From Pirellulales bacterium (lineage in GTDB: Bacteria; Planctomycetota; Planctomycetia; Pirellulales; JACPPG01), in contig DASXEJ010000343.1 in NCBI GenBank assembly GCA_036490175.1, positions 18,365-82,364 on the forward strand: 64,000 nt of DNA. Reading direction: 5' to 3'. Made by a program: the position numbers and the translations under genes. Positions 34,768-44,672 of the stretch are shown one piece after another (within the stretch, counting starts at the first letter, position 1; each line of letters begins with the position of its first letter). The notes under the pieces are model-generated. The model had not been told where the DNA came from, did not search any database, and saw only the letters and a list, made by a program, of their open reading frames with translations.

Positions 34768-35997
34768 ATGCAAGCTCGCGCTCCTGGCCGCCTGGTTCGC
34801 AGAATGAAGATGCTCGTGGCGCTTGCGACTTCGTTTCCGGCCACTTTGTCGTTGCTCACATTGTTGCTGGTTACTGCGGCGGCGCTGCGCGCGCAGGCTG
34901 ACGATCGTCGTGCGGCCGCGCGGCAAGAGATCGTTCGCCGCGGCGGCACAGTCGAAACCGTGCCCACCGCACAGTCGGTAGACGAGTTCATCGCCGTCCG
35001 CTGGATCGCCGGCGACGAAGGGCTCGATCAACTCGTGGCCGCCGGTCGCGTGTGCTGGCTCGATCTTAGCCGCTCGACCATTACCGACGCTGCGCTGGCA
35101 GACGTGGCAAAGCTGCCCGACCTGGAAATGCTGTATCTCGCCGAGACGCGCATCACCGACGCGGGGCTCGCGCGGCTCGCGACGCTCGGCGCGTTGCGTG
35201 GTTTGTTTCTACAAAGCACGGGCGTCTCGACCGCGGGGCTCGCGCAGCTCGCGGGTCTGCGCCATATCGAGTGGCTGAATCTGTCGTTTACAAAGATCGA
35301 CAGCCAGGCGCTTGTCCACATTGAAGACTGGCAGGCGCTAACCGGTCTGTGGCTGTCGGACACGGCCGTCGACGATGACGGCCTGCCGCACCTGGCGGGG
35401 CTCGCGCGATTGCGCAGCCTGAAGCTGACCCGCACTCGCGTCACCGACGCCGGGCTACCGGCCGTCGGCCGCCTGGCCGCGCTCGAGATGTTGTGGCTGG
35501 GGGGAACGGCGATCAGCGATCGAGCGTTGCCAGCGATCGCCCGCTTGGCGGCGCTCGAGTGGTTGCTGCTCGACGATACGACAATCACCGACGCCGGACT
35601 GGCGGAAGTCGCAACGCTCGTGCGATTGGAAGCCCTGTCACTGGCCAACACCGCGGTGACCGACGCGGGGCTGGCGCGGCTGAGCAATCTGCACAAGCTT
35701 CGCCAACTGATATTGGACGGTACGCGTGTCACGGGGGCCGGTCTGGCCGGCTGCCCGCGGCTCGATTTCTTGGGTCTGCGCGGCACACAGGTTTCGGATG
35801 ACGGGTTAGCCGTGATTGCCGGGCTTCCCCACTTGCAGGGGCTGGACCTGCGCGAGACCGGGACCACCGACCGCGGGCTGGCCGAATTGCGCAGGCTAGC
35901 AAACCTGCAGGAGCTATTGCTCCGTCGCACGCGCACGACATGGGCCGGGCGACGTGAGCTGGGCGTGGCGCTACCGGACCTGGAAATCGTGCCTTGA
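34768..35997 (+). CDS. Leucine-rich repeat (LRR) protein with signal peptide
   Basis: About 13 tandem ~24-aa repeats of the form L..L..L.L..T.ITDAGLA.LA.L. N-terminal signal-like MKMLVALATSFPATLSLLTLLLVTAAALRAQA. Confidence 0.8.
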   Translation: MQARAPGRLVRRMKMLVALATSFPATLSLLTLLLVTAAALRAQADDRRAAARQEIVRRGGTVETVPTAQSVDEFIAVRWIAGDEGLDQLVAAGRVCWLDLSRSTITDAALADVAKLPDLEMLYLAETRITDAGLARLATLGALRGLFLQSTGVSTAGLAQLAGLRHIEWLNLSFTKIDSQALVHIEDWQALTGLWLSDTAVDDDGLPHLAGLARLRSLKLTRTRVTDAGLPAVGRLAALEMLWLGGTAISDRALPAIARLAALEWLLLDDTTITDAGLAEVATLVRLEALSLANTAVTDAGLARLSNLHKLRQLILDGTRVTGAGLAGCPRLDFLGLRGTQVSDDGLAVIAGLPHLQGLDLRETGTTDRGLAELRRLANLQELLLRRTRTTWAGRRELGVALPDLEIVP

Positions 35998-36199
35998 AAC
36001 AGAGGCGCTTCTTGGAGTTTGGATCGGTCGCTCGCCCGGGAGCGATGCGCTAAATGGCCGTTCGATAGGTGCGGAGAGCCGGCCTTGCACAGCGAAAGGC
36101 GTTGCAGGGCCCAAGGGCGCAGCGCGAGTCGTTTCCCTGTCGGTAGCCAGCTAACCTTCGAACCATACCCCCCACGACACAAAAATATCCTCAAAACCC

Positions 36200-36229
36200 T
36201 TGCATGGGTTGCGACTTATCGTAGATAAT
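36200..36229 (+). promoter_or_regulatory. Sigma70-like promoter upstream of the DUF1559 gene
   Basis: TTGCAT (36200-36205), 16 nt, TAGATA (or 18 nt, GATAAT ending at 36229). This implies a 5' UTR of about 185 nt. Confidence 0.4.
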
Positions 36230-36416
36230 GGCAACCGTTCTCGGCGACTCATCGGGGCATTCGTCCAGGCGGTTCCCAGGCTTCTTGGCCTGTTCGGCTG
36301 CTGCGGCGGTCGATGTGTGCGGGAACGGCGTGTTTTATGCTCGGGCGATTGCTTATTTTGCCGAGGCGTGTGTGCGTATACGGTTCTAATCTTCTCATCT
36401 TGTTGGAGGTCGTTTG

Positions 36417-37751
36417 ATGTCTCGTTCTTCTCCTACATCCCGAAGGCGCGGGGCGTTCACCCTGGTCGAGCTGTTGGTGGTGATCGCCATCATCGGCATT
36501 TTGATCGCGCTATTGCTCCCGGCGGTGCAAATGGCGCGCGAGGCGGCCCGCCGTGCGCAGTGTTCGAACAATCTGAAGCAGATTGGCCTGGCGATCCTCA
36601 ACTATCACGATTCGTACAACAAGCTGCCGATCGGCGCCAGTGCGCAGAAGAACACGATATCCGGAGTCTCTACCTATAGCTGGGGTAATTCCTGGTGGGT
36701 GGGCATTCTGAATTATGCGGAAGGGTCCGCCGTCGCGGCACAGTGGAGCAATGCCCTGCCGAACAACGCCTTGGTGGGCTGGTCCGGCATGGGTACGAGT
36801 ACAGGGTTGCCATCTCTCAATCCCAACGCCTATCTGGTCGGAAATCCCACCAGTAATTCAACGAATCCGCAGGGCTACCGCCCCGCGTTCATGCTTTGCC
36901 CGTCGAGCCCGCTTCCGCCCACATATACGGGTTCGATTGTTTCGGGTTTTCAATCTCAAATCGTGATGCCCACCTACACGGGCGTGGCGGGCGCGGTTTG
37001 CCTTGCGGCAGTTCCTGATGGTGCGGGAGATACGACCGCTGTAACGATCAACAATATTCCCGGCGTTTATGGCCTCGGCCCTGATCCCACCACGGGAGCC
37101 GCGAAAGTGACTGACTCGCGTGCTCAGATCACAAATTGCAACCAAGGGGTCATTGGCGCCAATGGGTCTTTGTTCCCTGGTAAGGGTGTCGGCCTGGCAG
37201 GACTTTCCGACGGCACCAGCAACACCATGCTGGTGGCCGAACAATCTGGGTGGCAGTATTATGCCTCAGCCGGGGCCGGACTACCGGGCAAGCAAGGCGA
37301 TTTCCGTTCGACGGCAGTGTTCGGTGCGTTCACCGGAACCAGTTGCAACGGCACACCGCCCAATATGGTTGTAGGGACTGGTTCGTCGACTGTTAGCGCG
37401 TTCGGCATCACGACGGTCCGTTGGCCGGTCAATGCCTTCTCCTCGCGCTCCCCGCAGCTCACAAGCAGCACCGCGGGTAGTAGCTATCCGCTGATCCCAA
37501 GCTTGTCGGCCACGATTAATGACGGAGGTGGCTCTCAAGTCCCATTTGGTGTCTGCCCGACTGCGGGTATATCTCCCAGTGTATCTATGACTGGAGCCAA
37601 CAATCCGATTCAGTCGCAGCATCCCGGCGGCGCGCTCGTGCTGATGGGTGACGGATCGGCGAAGATGCTCAAGAACGAGACCGACATGATCACGCTCAAG
37701 CGGTACGCCGTCCGCGACGATCGACTGGTCATTTCCGACACGATCAACTAA
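36417..37751 (+). CDS. Prepilin-type N-terminal cleavage/methylation domain + DUF1559 (H-X9-DG) protein
   Basis: GGAGG 7 nt upstream of ATG 36417. [57 protein letters not shown]-terminal [12 protein letters not shown] (H-X9-DG). Confidence 0.9.
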   Translation: MSRSSPTSRRRGAFTLVELLVVIAIIGILIALLLPAVQMAREAARRAQCSNNLKQIGLAILNYHDSYNKLPIGASAQKNTISGVSTYSWGNSWWVGILNYAEGSAVAAQWSNALPNNALVGWSGMGTSTGLPSLNPNAYLVGNPTSNSTNPQGYRPAFMLCPSSPLPPTYTGSIVSGFQSQIVMPTYTGVAGAVCLAAVPDGAGDTTAVTINNIPGVYGLGPDPTTGAAKVTDSRAQITNCNQGVIGANGSLFPGKGVGLAGLSDGTSNTMLVAEQSGWQYYASAGAGLPGKQGDFRSTAVFGAFTGTSCNGTPPNMVVGTGSSTVSAFGITTVRWPVNAFSSRSPQLTSSTAGSSYPLIPSLSATINDGGGSQVPFGVCPTAGISPSVSMTGANNPIQSQHPGGALVLMGDGSAKMLKNETDMITLKRYAVRDDRLVISDTIN

Positions 37752-37785
37752 CGGCCAGCGGCGTTGACGTACGAAGAATCTATGA

Positions 37786-37823
37786 CCCCGCGACGGGCTC
37801 TTTCCCCGCCGCGGGGTTTTTTT
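37786..37823 (+). terminator. Rho-independent terminator after the DUF1559 gene
   Basis: CCCCGCGACGGG-ctcttt-CCCGCCGCGGGG (12-bp stem with one mismatch) followed by TTTTTTT. Confidence 0.8.
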
Positions 37824-38207
37824 ACGCGCTCTGGCGATAGGATGATCACCCACCGCGTGCCTCTGCCGGCAATGTGCCCGTGGGTTGTGCTGTGCGCATC
37901 GAAATCAAAACGTTGACCTTCGCCCGCTCACGTTTCGTCACACGTCGATCGACGTATATCGGGTTGAGATGGGGTGCGGCGCACCCGGCGAATCCGCGCG
38001 AGTGAGCAGGTATTGCGTCGTGCACGTGCTTCTTCTTGCCAGATGTTCCGCTTTCCTCAGTCGTGTTCTCGCCGTGAGCGATCCGACGTGGTCTCGCAGC
38101 GGTTGATCATCAACACCGTAGATGCGATTGCCCGCCAGCGCGCGCCGCGCGGGTTGCGCATGGTGATCGAACGATCCTTAAGAATGCGCAAGGGGCAGGG
38201 AATTTCC

Positions 38208-38237
38208 TTGCCAACGCGCGGCGCGTTCTGCTATAAG
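38208..38237 (+). promoter_or_regulatory. Possible promoter for the dockerin/RTX giant
   Basis: TTGCCA (38208-38213), 18 nt, TATAAG (38232-38237). The spacer contains the palindrome AACGCGC-G-GCGCGTT. Weak call. Confidence 0.3.
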
Positions 38238-38495
38238 TTCGCCTGTTCGCTATCTGGTCAGCCAGGCACGGGTGTACCTGGGGACGTGCAGGCAAGAAAA
38301 AAACCTGTACGCGTCGTGGGGCAGTTCCTCACCTGGCCGATCGAGTTGGGCAGTTCTCAAGCTAGGCAGGGCTTCTATTGAGGGGCAGCTACTACAGGGG
38401 CATCTTTCCGTCGTACCGCGCTCCCCAGCGCTGTATTCAGCATAAATCTCGTCAGCGCGTTCGCTGATCGGTCACGTTCTGGGAGGAACACGCAG

Positions 38496-41402
38496 ATGTT
38501 CTGGTTTCGCTTTGCGCGCCCGCGTCGCTCTAGCACAACCCTCAAACGCCGCCGGCTGAATTTCGAGCCGCTGGAAGACCGGCGATTGCTTAGCGTTAAC
38601 GTTACGAATTCGGGCGGTGCCTACACAATTGCCAGTAACAGTAGCGCTGACGACGTGCGGGTGGTGGCGCCCGGTATCGGCGATGTGAACTACGACGGCA
38701 CCGTCAATGGCGTCGATGTCAGTGTGTGGTCCTCGCACTATTTATCCTCGGGCCCCGTCGGTGACGCCAACTACGACGGCACCGTGAATGGTCTCGATAA
38801 CACCACGATTGCCGGTCACTGGTTGCAATTGTCGCAGATCCAGATTTACGATGGCGCCACGCTCAACGACACCGTCCCACTTTTGGATATCACGTCGCTC
38901 GCGATCAACGCCGCTGGCGGCACGATCGAGATCGACGGCAATTTCTCCCGCCCCGTCACCGTCGACGGCGGCAGCAATGCCACGCTCGATATCAACGGCA
39001 ACCCGAACCGGGGCGACACGGTGAGCATGACCGACTCCTCGATCACGCTCTTCGACAGTACGACCACGGTCAGTTACTCGAACATCGAGAACATCAATTT
39101 CGCCTTGGGAGGAACAAGCGGTTCGGACTTGCTGACGATCAATGGCACGTCGGGCGATGACTCGATGCAAGCCCAGAGTGACGGCAGCACGATCGTCTTC
39201 AACGGACTTAACGTCAACGTAGCCAGCGTCGAAGGACTGACGCTCAATGGCAACGACGGCGACGACACGATCGACATGTTCTACTTGAATTCGGCCATCG
39301 CGCTTACGATCAATGGCGGCGCCGGAGACGATCTGCTGGCCGGCGGCGCCGGCAACGACGCCATCAACGGCGGTACGGGCAACAACACGCTCATCGGCTG
39401 GGGAGGCAACGACACGCTCAACGGTGGTAACGGCAATGCCACGTTCCTGTACATGCCCGGCCCGGCCAGCCTGGGGACCGACACGCTCAGCATCGATTCG
39501 GGAGGTGTCGGCACGCTCGACTTCGAATATCTCACCGACGGCGTGACCGTGAACATCGGTTCCACGTCGACCCAGAGCGTGGTGTCGGGCCTGCTGAGCT
39601 TGAACCTGGGCACCTCGACGACGATCGCCAATGTGATCGGCGGCGCCGGCAACGACACGATCACGGGGAACAGTCTGAGCAATGTGCTGGACGGCCGCGA
39701 CGGCGACGACACAATCACGGCCGGCACCGGCAACGCGGTCATGTACGGCGGGGCCGGCGACGACACGCTCACCGGCGGTTCCGGCAATGACCTGCTGTAC
39801 GGCGGCGCCGGGGACGATACGCTGGCCGGAGGCGGCGGCAACGACACTTACCTGTTCCCCTGGTCGCCGGGTGACGCCCCGCTGGGGACCGATACGATTA
39901 CCGAAGCCTCATCGGCCGGCACCGACAAGCTCGACTTCTCGAACTTTTTCCCAGCCACATACAGCGCGCCAAGCTTGTCGAGCACAAGCACGCAAACCGT
40001 GGGCACCGATTCCAGCAGCAACCCGCTGTTGAAGATCAACCTGGTGAACGCTTCGACGATCGAAAGCACGACCGATTCCCCGATTTCGCAACCGGCGGTA
40101 AGTACCCTGGCGGTGAACCCTCTGTCCACGCCCGGCGAAGTAACGCTGACGGCCGTTTACACCGGCGCGACCGTTGATCCTGACACCCACAGTTTCGTCG
40201 GAGAGGTCGACTTCTACCTCGACACGAACCACGACGGAGTTCTCGAAACCGGAACCGACACCTTGCTCGGCACAGATACCGACGGCGATGACGGCTGGAG
40301 CATCAACGTACCAACATCTCAAGTCCCCACCGGCACTAACGGATTTATAGCCGTCGCCGTCGGGGGCGGCGGACCGCCAGTTCCTCCGCGTGTCGTCGAA
40401 GCGACTATTTCCGGAGGAATTCCAAACAACGACAGCGAACTTGGAGGAGGCGGGGGTAGCAGCGGTGGCAGCGGTGCCGGCGGCAGCGCGATTGGAATAC
40501 CGACGCTTGTTCGCAGCGCAGGCGACGCTGATGTCTACGCCGACTTCCCATCCGAGTTAGATGCGCCAAATTATGCATATGCCGATGGCGGGGGTAACTA
40601 TGACGACGGCGGACAGGAGCAGGATATACTAGCGAACGATGTCCTGAGCCACGCGCGATACAATGTAGTAGCAACGCCTGGGTATTTTTCCGCGCAAGCC
40701 TCCGGTGCTGCCGGAGAAGGGGACGCGCGCGGCATTTCCTCCTTCAATTCGGCAGTGACGGGCCAGGCGGCACAACCCGGTATCGGTGCCTCTGGAATAA
40801 CAAGTTTCAACTCCGTCGCCGACGCGAACGCGTCCCCCACCGGCGGTCCGGGAGGGTGGATCGAACATTCAGGGTCCCTTTACAGCGCCGATCCAACCGA
40901 TCCAGGTACGGTCGCGCCGCACGTTTGGACCGTTTCCGGTAACGGGGCTGCGGTGAACGGGGACAGCATTTCCGAGGTTACACTTGCGGGACAATTTACT
41001 TTCAACGACGGAGAATCGGAAAATGGCGCCGTTGTCCCTACGGGCACTGCCGACGCAAAACTTGGGATGGCTTTTACAGTCGCAACAAGCGATGGTGAAA
41101 ACCTACTAAACTTTAACGGCGGTGGAGAGACTTACGACGGCACTCGCAACGGCGGCGTCGCAGCGCAAGTTGTGACGAACGGCACGTCCAAGTATTATGC
41201 GTCCGCTGGTAACGACGGGTCCATGACTGTTAGCTTCGTGTGGACAGTTCCCGTCGGCACAACAATCAGCGTAAAGTACGATGAGGGTCTGCACACTTTG
41301 CTGGATACCGGAGCAAGCCCAACGTACCCGGCGACGCAAGATGCAATGGTCTCTCAAGTCCTTTACGATTTTGACATGCGGATCGTTTCCTGGTCGTCGT
41401 AG
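38496..41402 (+). CDS. Large secreted protein: N-terminal LEDRRLLS motif, two dockerin-like EF-hand repeats, RTX (hemolysin-type) Ca-binding repeats, unknown C-terminal domain
   Basis: GGAGG SD. MFWFRFARPRRSSTTLKRRRLNFEPLEDRRLLSV. GDVNYDGTVNGVD and GDANYDGTVNGLD. Multiple GGAGNDxLxGGxGND nonapeptide runs. Confidence 0.85.
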   Translation: MFWFRFARPRRSSTTLKRRRLNFEPLEDRRLLSVNVTNSGGAYTIASNSSADDVRVVAPGIGDVNYDGTVNGVDVSVWSSHYLSSGPVGDANYDGTVNGLDNTTIAGHWLQLSQIQIYDGATLNDTVPLLDITSLAINAAGGTIEIDGNFSRPVTVDGGSNATLDINGNPNRGDTVSMTDSSITLFDSTTTVSYSNIENINFALGGTSGSDLLTINGTSGDDSMQAQSDGSTIVFNGLNVNVASVEGLTLNGNDGDDTIDMFYLNSAIALTINGGAGDDLLAGGAGNDAINGGTGNNTLIGWGGNDTLNGGNGNATFLYMPGPASLGTDTLSIDSGGVGTLDFEYLTDGVTVNIGSTSTQSVVSGLLSLNLGTSTTIANVIGGAGNDTITGNSLSNVLDGRDGDDTITAGTGNAVMYGGAGDDTLTGGSGNDLLYGGAGDDTLAGGGGNDTYLFPWSPGDAPLGTDTITEASSAGTDKLDFSNFFPATYSAPSLSSTSTQTVGTDSSSNPLLKINLVNASTIESTTDSPISQPAVSTLAVNPLSTPGEVTLTAVYTGATVDPDTHSFVGEVDFYLDTNHDGVLETGTDTLLGTDTDGDDGWSINVPTSQVPTGTNGFIAVAVGGGGPPVPPRVVEATISGGIPNNDSELGGGGGSSGGSGAGGSAIGIPTLVRSAGDADVYADFPSELDAPNYAYADGGGNYDDGGQEQDILANDVLSHARYNVVATPGYFSAQASGAAGEGDARGISSFNSAVTGQAAQPGIGASGITSFNSVADANASPTGGPGGWIEHSGSLYSADPTDPGTVAPHVWTVSGNGAAVNGDSISEVTLAGQFTFNDGESENGAVVPTGTADAKLGMAFTVATSDGENLLNFNGGGETYDGTRNGGVAAQVVTNGTSKYYASAGNDGSMTVSFVWTVPVGTTISVKYDEGLHTLLDTGASPTYPATQDAMVSQVLYDFDMRIVSWSS

Positions 41403-41469
41403 CGTCTAAACTGCCGTTGTTGCGTTCGATTCAATCGAACAAGTGATCTGCCGAAGGATCGAATCCATG

Positions 41470-44316
41470 TCACTCCGTCGCCTCAACAACCGTGACCGGG
41501 GCGATTTTTTCCAGGCCTTCTTTTAGCTTCTCGGCGCTGCCAACGACGACTACTACCATTCGCTCCGGGTGGACCACTCCGTCGATCAGCTTGACGCAGT
41601 CGGGCTCGCTGGCCGTGGCTACGGTGCGCAGCTCCTGCTCGAAGTAGGTGGGGGGCAGTTTGTTGGTTTCCAACAGCCACAGCTCGCCGGCCATCTGGAA
41701 GGGGGTTTCGCGGTCCATCGGAAAGTTGCCCACCAGGTAGGCCTTGGTCTTGCGCAGCTCGTCGGCCGTGGGGGGCTCGCTCTTCAAGCGGCGGATCTCG
41801 TCAAATACGGCCGCCAGGGCATCGGCTGTCGATTCGGTCTTGCTGAACGTGGTGACCGTGAAATCTCCGGCGAACCGCTGGGCGTGGAAGCCGCCGTTGG
41901 CGCCGTAGGTCAGCCCGCGCTTGACGCGGATGGTCTCGTTCAGCCGGCTGGAAAACGCGCCGCCGAAATAACCGTCGATCACGCGGCTGGCCGCATAGCG
42001 CGGATCGTGCCGCGTGATGCCGAGCTGGCCGACCTGGATCTGGCTTTGTGTCAACGCGTCGCGGTCGACCAGAAAGATGCGCGTGGCGCTGGCCGCCGGG
42101 GGCTCTGCCACCTTAACGTCGGGCTTCTCTCCCTCGGCGTTCCAGTCGCCGAAGATCTTCTTGGCCAGGGACAGCCCACGCGCGTCGTCGATATCTCCGG
42201 CCAGGATCAGCACGGCCATATCGGGGCGGGCGAACTTATTCCACCAGGCCGGCAGATCATCGAGCTTCAGTGCTTCGACGTTCGAAACCTCGCCCGTGGC
42301 GGTGCGGGCGTAGGGATGTTCTCCGTACAATTTGCGGCGCAGCTCGCGGCGGGCGACATAAGCCGGCTCGCGCGAAGAAACTTTCAGACTGGTCAGCGTC
42401 TGGTCGCGGTTGTTGTCGAACTCGTCGGCCGGGAATGTCGGCTCGCGCACCGCTTCACCGAGCAGCCCTAGGGTCCGTTCCAGCTCTTCGGTCAGACAGC
42501 TGGCAGAGACTCGTGCCGAGTCCATGCTGGCGGTGCCCGCCAGGTTGATGGCGTAGGTGCCCAGTTCGTCGGCCAGTTGTTCTTCGTTGTGCTGCTTGGT
42601 TCCCTTGGTGAGCATGTCGAGCGTCATCGAGGCGGTGCCGGGCTTTTCGTCGGTCCAACCGCCGGCCAGCAGGCCCAACGTGGCGCTGACAAACGGCACT
42701 TCGTGGTTCGGAACGATCATCACCTTCAGGCCGTTATCGAGCGTGTGCGTGCTGTACACCAGCGGCGGCGGCGCGACATCGAGCGGAGCCGCTAGCGGTG
42801 GCGCCGGGAAATATCCTTGCGGCCGCGTTACGCCAGGCCGGCCCGGGCGCGGGGACTGATCCTCGGGCGTGGCTGTGATGGGGGCGTCTTCTTCGGCGTT
42901 TTTCTTGGCCGTTGCGCGGGCGCTGGCTGGGATTTTTACGTTGATCTGTCGCTCGGGGATCAAGTACGTGCGGGCCACGCGCTGCAGATCCTCGACCGTG
43001 ACGCGGCGGATATCGTTCAGCGCGTCATTGGCGCGGGCCGGGTTTCCTTCGAGTACCGCGGCAGCCCCCAGGGCCGAGGCCTTTCCTTCGACGGTCAGCG
43101 TCTGCATCACCTCGGCGCGCAGCGATTGATTACGAGCCTTCAACAGCTCGTGCTCGCTGATCGGGCCGGTGCGCAGCTTTTCGATCTGCTCTTCCAGCGC
43201 CTGCATAGCGGCCTCGGGCTTGGCGCCGAACGGAGGGATGATGGCGCCGGCAAAAAACAGCCCTTCCTGCTCGAGCGCTTGCGAAATATCGATCGCCTGC
43301 ACGGCTACTTTCTTTTCCGCCACCAGCGAGCGATACAGCCGGCTGCTGTCGTCGCCGACCAGAACCTTGGTCAGCAGGGCCAACGGCACGTGGTCCGGGT
43401 GCGAAATGGGTACGGTGCGAAACAGCACGCCGACGATCGGCGCGGGGGCATTGTCTTCGGTGATCGTCACGGTGCGCCCGGCGGCGGGCCAGGGTTCTTC
43501 GATAGCGACTCGCGGTAGATCATGCCCGCGCGGGATCCAGCTGAAATGCCGTTTGGCCAGCTGTTGCGCCTCGGCATGCTTGACCGCCCCGGCGACGATC
43601 AGCGTGGCGTTGTTGGGCACATAGTAGCGCATCCAGAAATCGCGCAGCTCCTGCACAGCCGCGGAACGCAAATGCGGAATCTTGCCGATCGGCGTCCAGC
43701 GATAAGGATGCTGCTGAAAAACCTCGGCCATGACTTTTTCCATGACCGTGCCGAACGGGCTGTTGAGTCCCATGCGGCGTTCTTCTTCGACCACCTTGCG
43801 CTCTGTGTCGAACGAGTTCTGATCGATTTTCAGAGCCGACATGCGATCGGCCTCGAGCCACAGCGCCAGCTCCAACTGATGGGCGGCCAACGTCTCGTGA
43901 TAGACTGTTTGATCGAAAGACGTATAGGCGTTGCAATCGCCGCCGGCCTGGCGCACCAGGTCCATGTGGTCGGTCGGACCGAGCCGCTCGGTACCGCGGA
44001 ACATCATGTGCTCGAACATGTGCGCAAAGCCCTGCCGCTCGGGATTCTCGTCCTTCGAGCCGACGTGATACCAGACTTGCACATTGACGATCGGGCAGGA
44101 AAAGTCTTCCAGCGTGATGACCTTCAGGCCGTTGTCGAGAGTGATCTCGCGATAGTCGAACAGCTTGCCTTCGCTGGCTGGCGCCTTCTCAGCCGGCGCT
44201 GCCTCGGCAGGCTTGGCCGCGGGGGCTGCGGCGCGTGCCGGACCGCTGTGCGTCAGCACAGTCAGCGCGAAAAGGGTCATCAACAGAGAGAATCTCTGGG
44301 GTGCGTATCGCATCAT
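41470..44316 (-). CDS. M16 (pitrilysin/insulinase) family zinc peptidase, double-unit fusion
   Basis: Signal peptide. Inverted zincin motif HMFEHMMFRGTE in the first unit. The second M16-like unit has no HxxEH. Confidence 0.9.
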   Translation of the reverse strand: MMRYAPQRFSLLMTLFALTVLTHSGPARAAAPAAKPAEAAPAEKAPASEGKLFDYREITLDNGLKVITLEDFSCPIVNVQVWYHVGSKDENPERQGFAHMFEHMMFRGTERLGPTDHMDLVRQAGGDCNAYTSFDQTVYHETLAAHQLELALWLEADRMSALKIDQNSFDTERKVVEEERRMGLNSPFGTVMEKVMAEVFQQHPYRWTPIGKIPHLRSAAVQELRDFWMRYYVPNNATLIVAGAVKHAEAQQLAKRHFSWIPRGHDLPRVAIEEPWPAAGRTVTITEDNAPAPIVGVLFRTVPISHPDHVPLALLTKVLVGDDSSRLYRSLVAEKKVAVQAIDISQALEQEGLFFAGAIIPPFGAKPEAAMQALEEQIEKLRTGPISEHELLKARNQSLRAEVMQTLTVEGKASALGAAAVLEGNPARANDALNDIRRVTVEDLQRVARTYLIPERQINVKIPASARATAKKNAEEDAPITATPEDQSPRPGRPGVTRPQGYFPAPPLAAPLDVAPPPLVYSTHTLDNGLKVMIVPNHEVPFVSATLGLLAGGWTDEKPGTASMTLDMLTKGTKQHNEEQLADELGTYAINLAGTASMDSARVSASCLTEELERTLGLLGEAVREPTFPADEFDNNRDQTLTSLKVSSREPAYVARRELRRKLYGEHPYARTATGEVSNVEALKLDDLPAWWNKFARPDMAVLILAGDIDDARGLSLAKKIFGDWNAEGEKPDVKVAEPPAASATRIFLVDRDALTQSQIQVGQLGITRHDPRYAASRVIDGYFGGAFSSRLNETIRVKRGLTYGANGGFHAQRFAGDFTVTTFSKTESTADALAAVFDEIRRLKSEPPTADELRKTKAYLVGNFPMDRETPFQMAGELWLLETNKLPPTYFEQELRTVATASEPDCVKLIDGVVHPERMVVVVVGSAEKLKEGLEKIAPVTVVEATE

Positions 44317-44573
44317 GGTTTCCAGGTGTGTGATCGGTGAACGGCACCACTCACAATCGAGAGCGAGCGGTCGGTAAATTGTCAGTCAGCAGGCGCGACC
44401 CGCAAATTCATTGGCATGTCTGGGATCGCGCGGCTTAATTTGCACAGTCGCGTTGCGCCGTAGTCTAGCGGGCCTGGCGCTGAGACTCAAAGGCCGATGT
44501 GCTGTAAACCGGTGAAGTGGAAGGCCAGATAGTCGAGTTCTTGCCCCGCGCGCCGTGGGCAGCGTCGCGCAAC

Positions 44574-44613
44574 AAAAACCGGGTGTCCCGTGCAGCTTTG
44601 CGCGGGCACCCGG
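44574..44613 (-). terminator. Rho-independent terminator after the redoxin/PHM fusion gene
   Basis: The minus strand reads CCGGGTGCCCG..loop..CGGGACACCCGG (11 bp with a 1-nt bulge) followed by TTTTTGTT. Lies 60-100 nt after the stop at 44673. Confidence 0.75.
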
Positions 44614-44672
44614 TTCTATTACGTCACGACGGTTGTCGAGGATCGCCCTTTGCAGAGCGGTAGAGCGTCGAC

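Noticed and set aside
35028-36194. 388-aa ORF antisense to the whole LRR gene
   Set aside because: The product is Ser/Arg/Ala/Pro-rich low complexity that mirrors the repeat periodicity of the LRR gene. The plus-strand frame gives canonical LRR repeats and a signal peptide.
37974-38381. 135-aa ORF (and the overlapping 73-aa ORF at 37885-38106) inside the long intergenic region before the RTX gene
   Set aside because: The products are Arg/Ser/Cys-rich with no SD, no motifs and no coding-like periodicity. The region is treated as non-coding (see finding).
41424-41440. Hairpin GTTCGATT-C-AATCGAAC between the convergent RTX and M16 genes as a bidirectional terminator
   Set aside because: The stem is short and AT-containing, the loop is effectively too small, and there is no U-tract on either strand. 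This is too weak to call.
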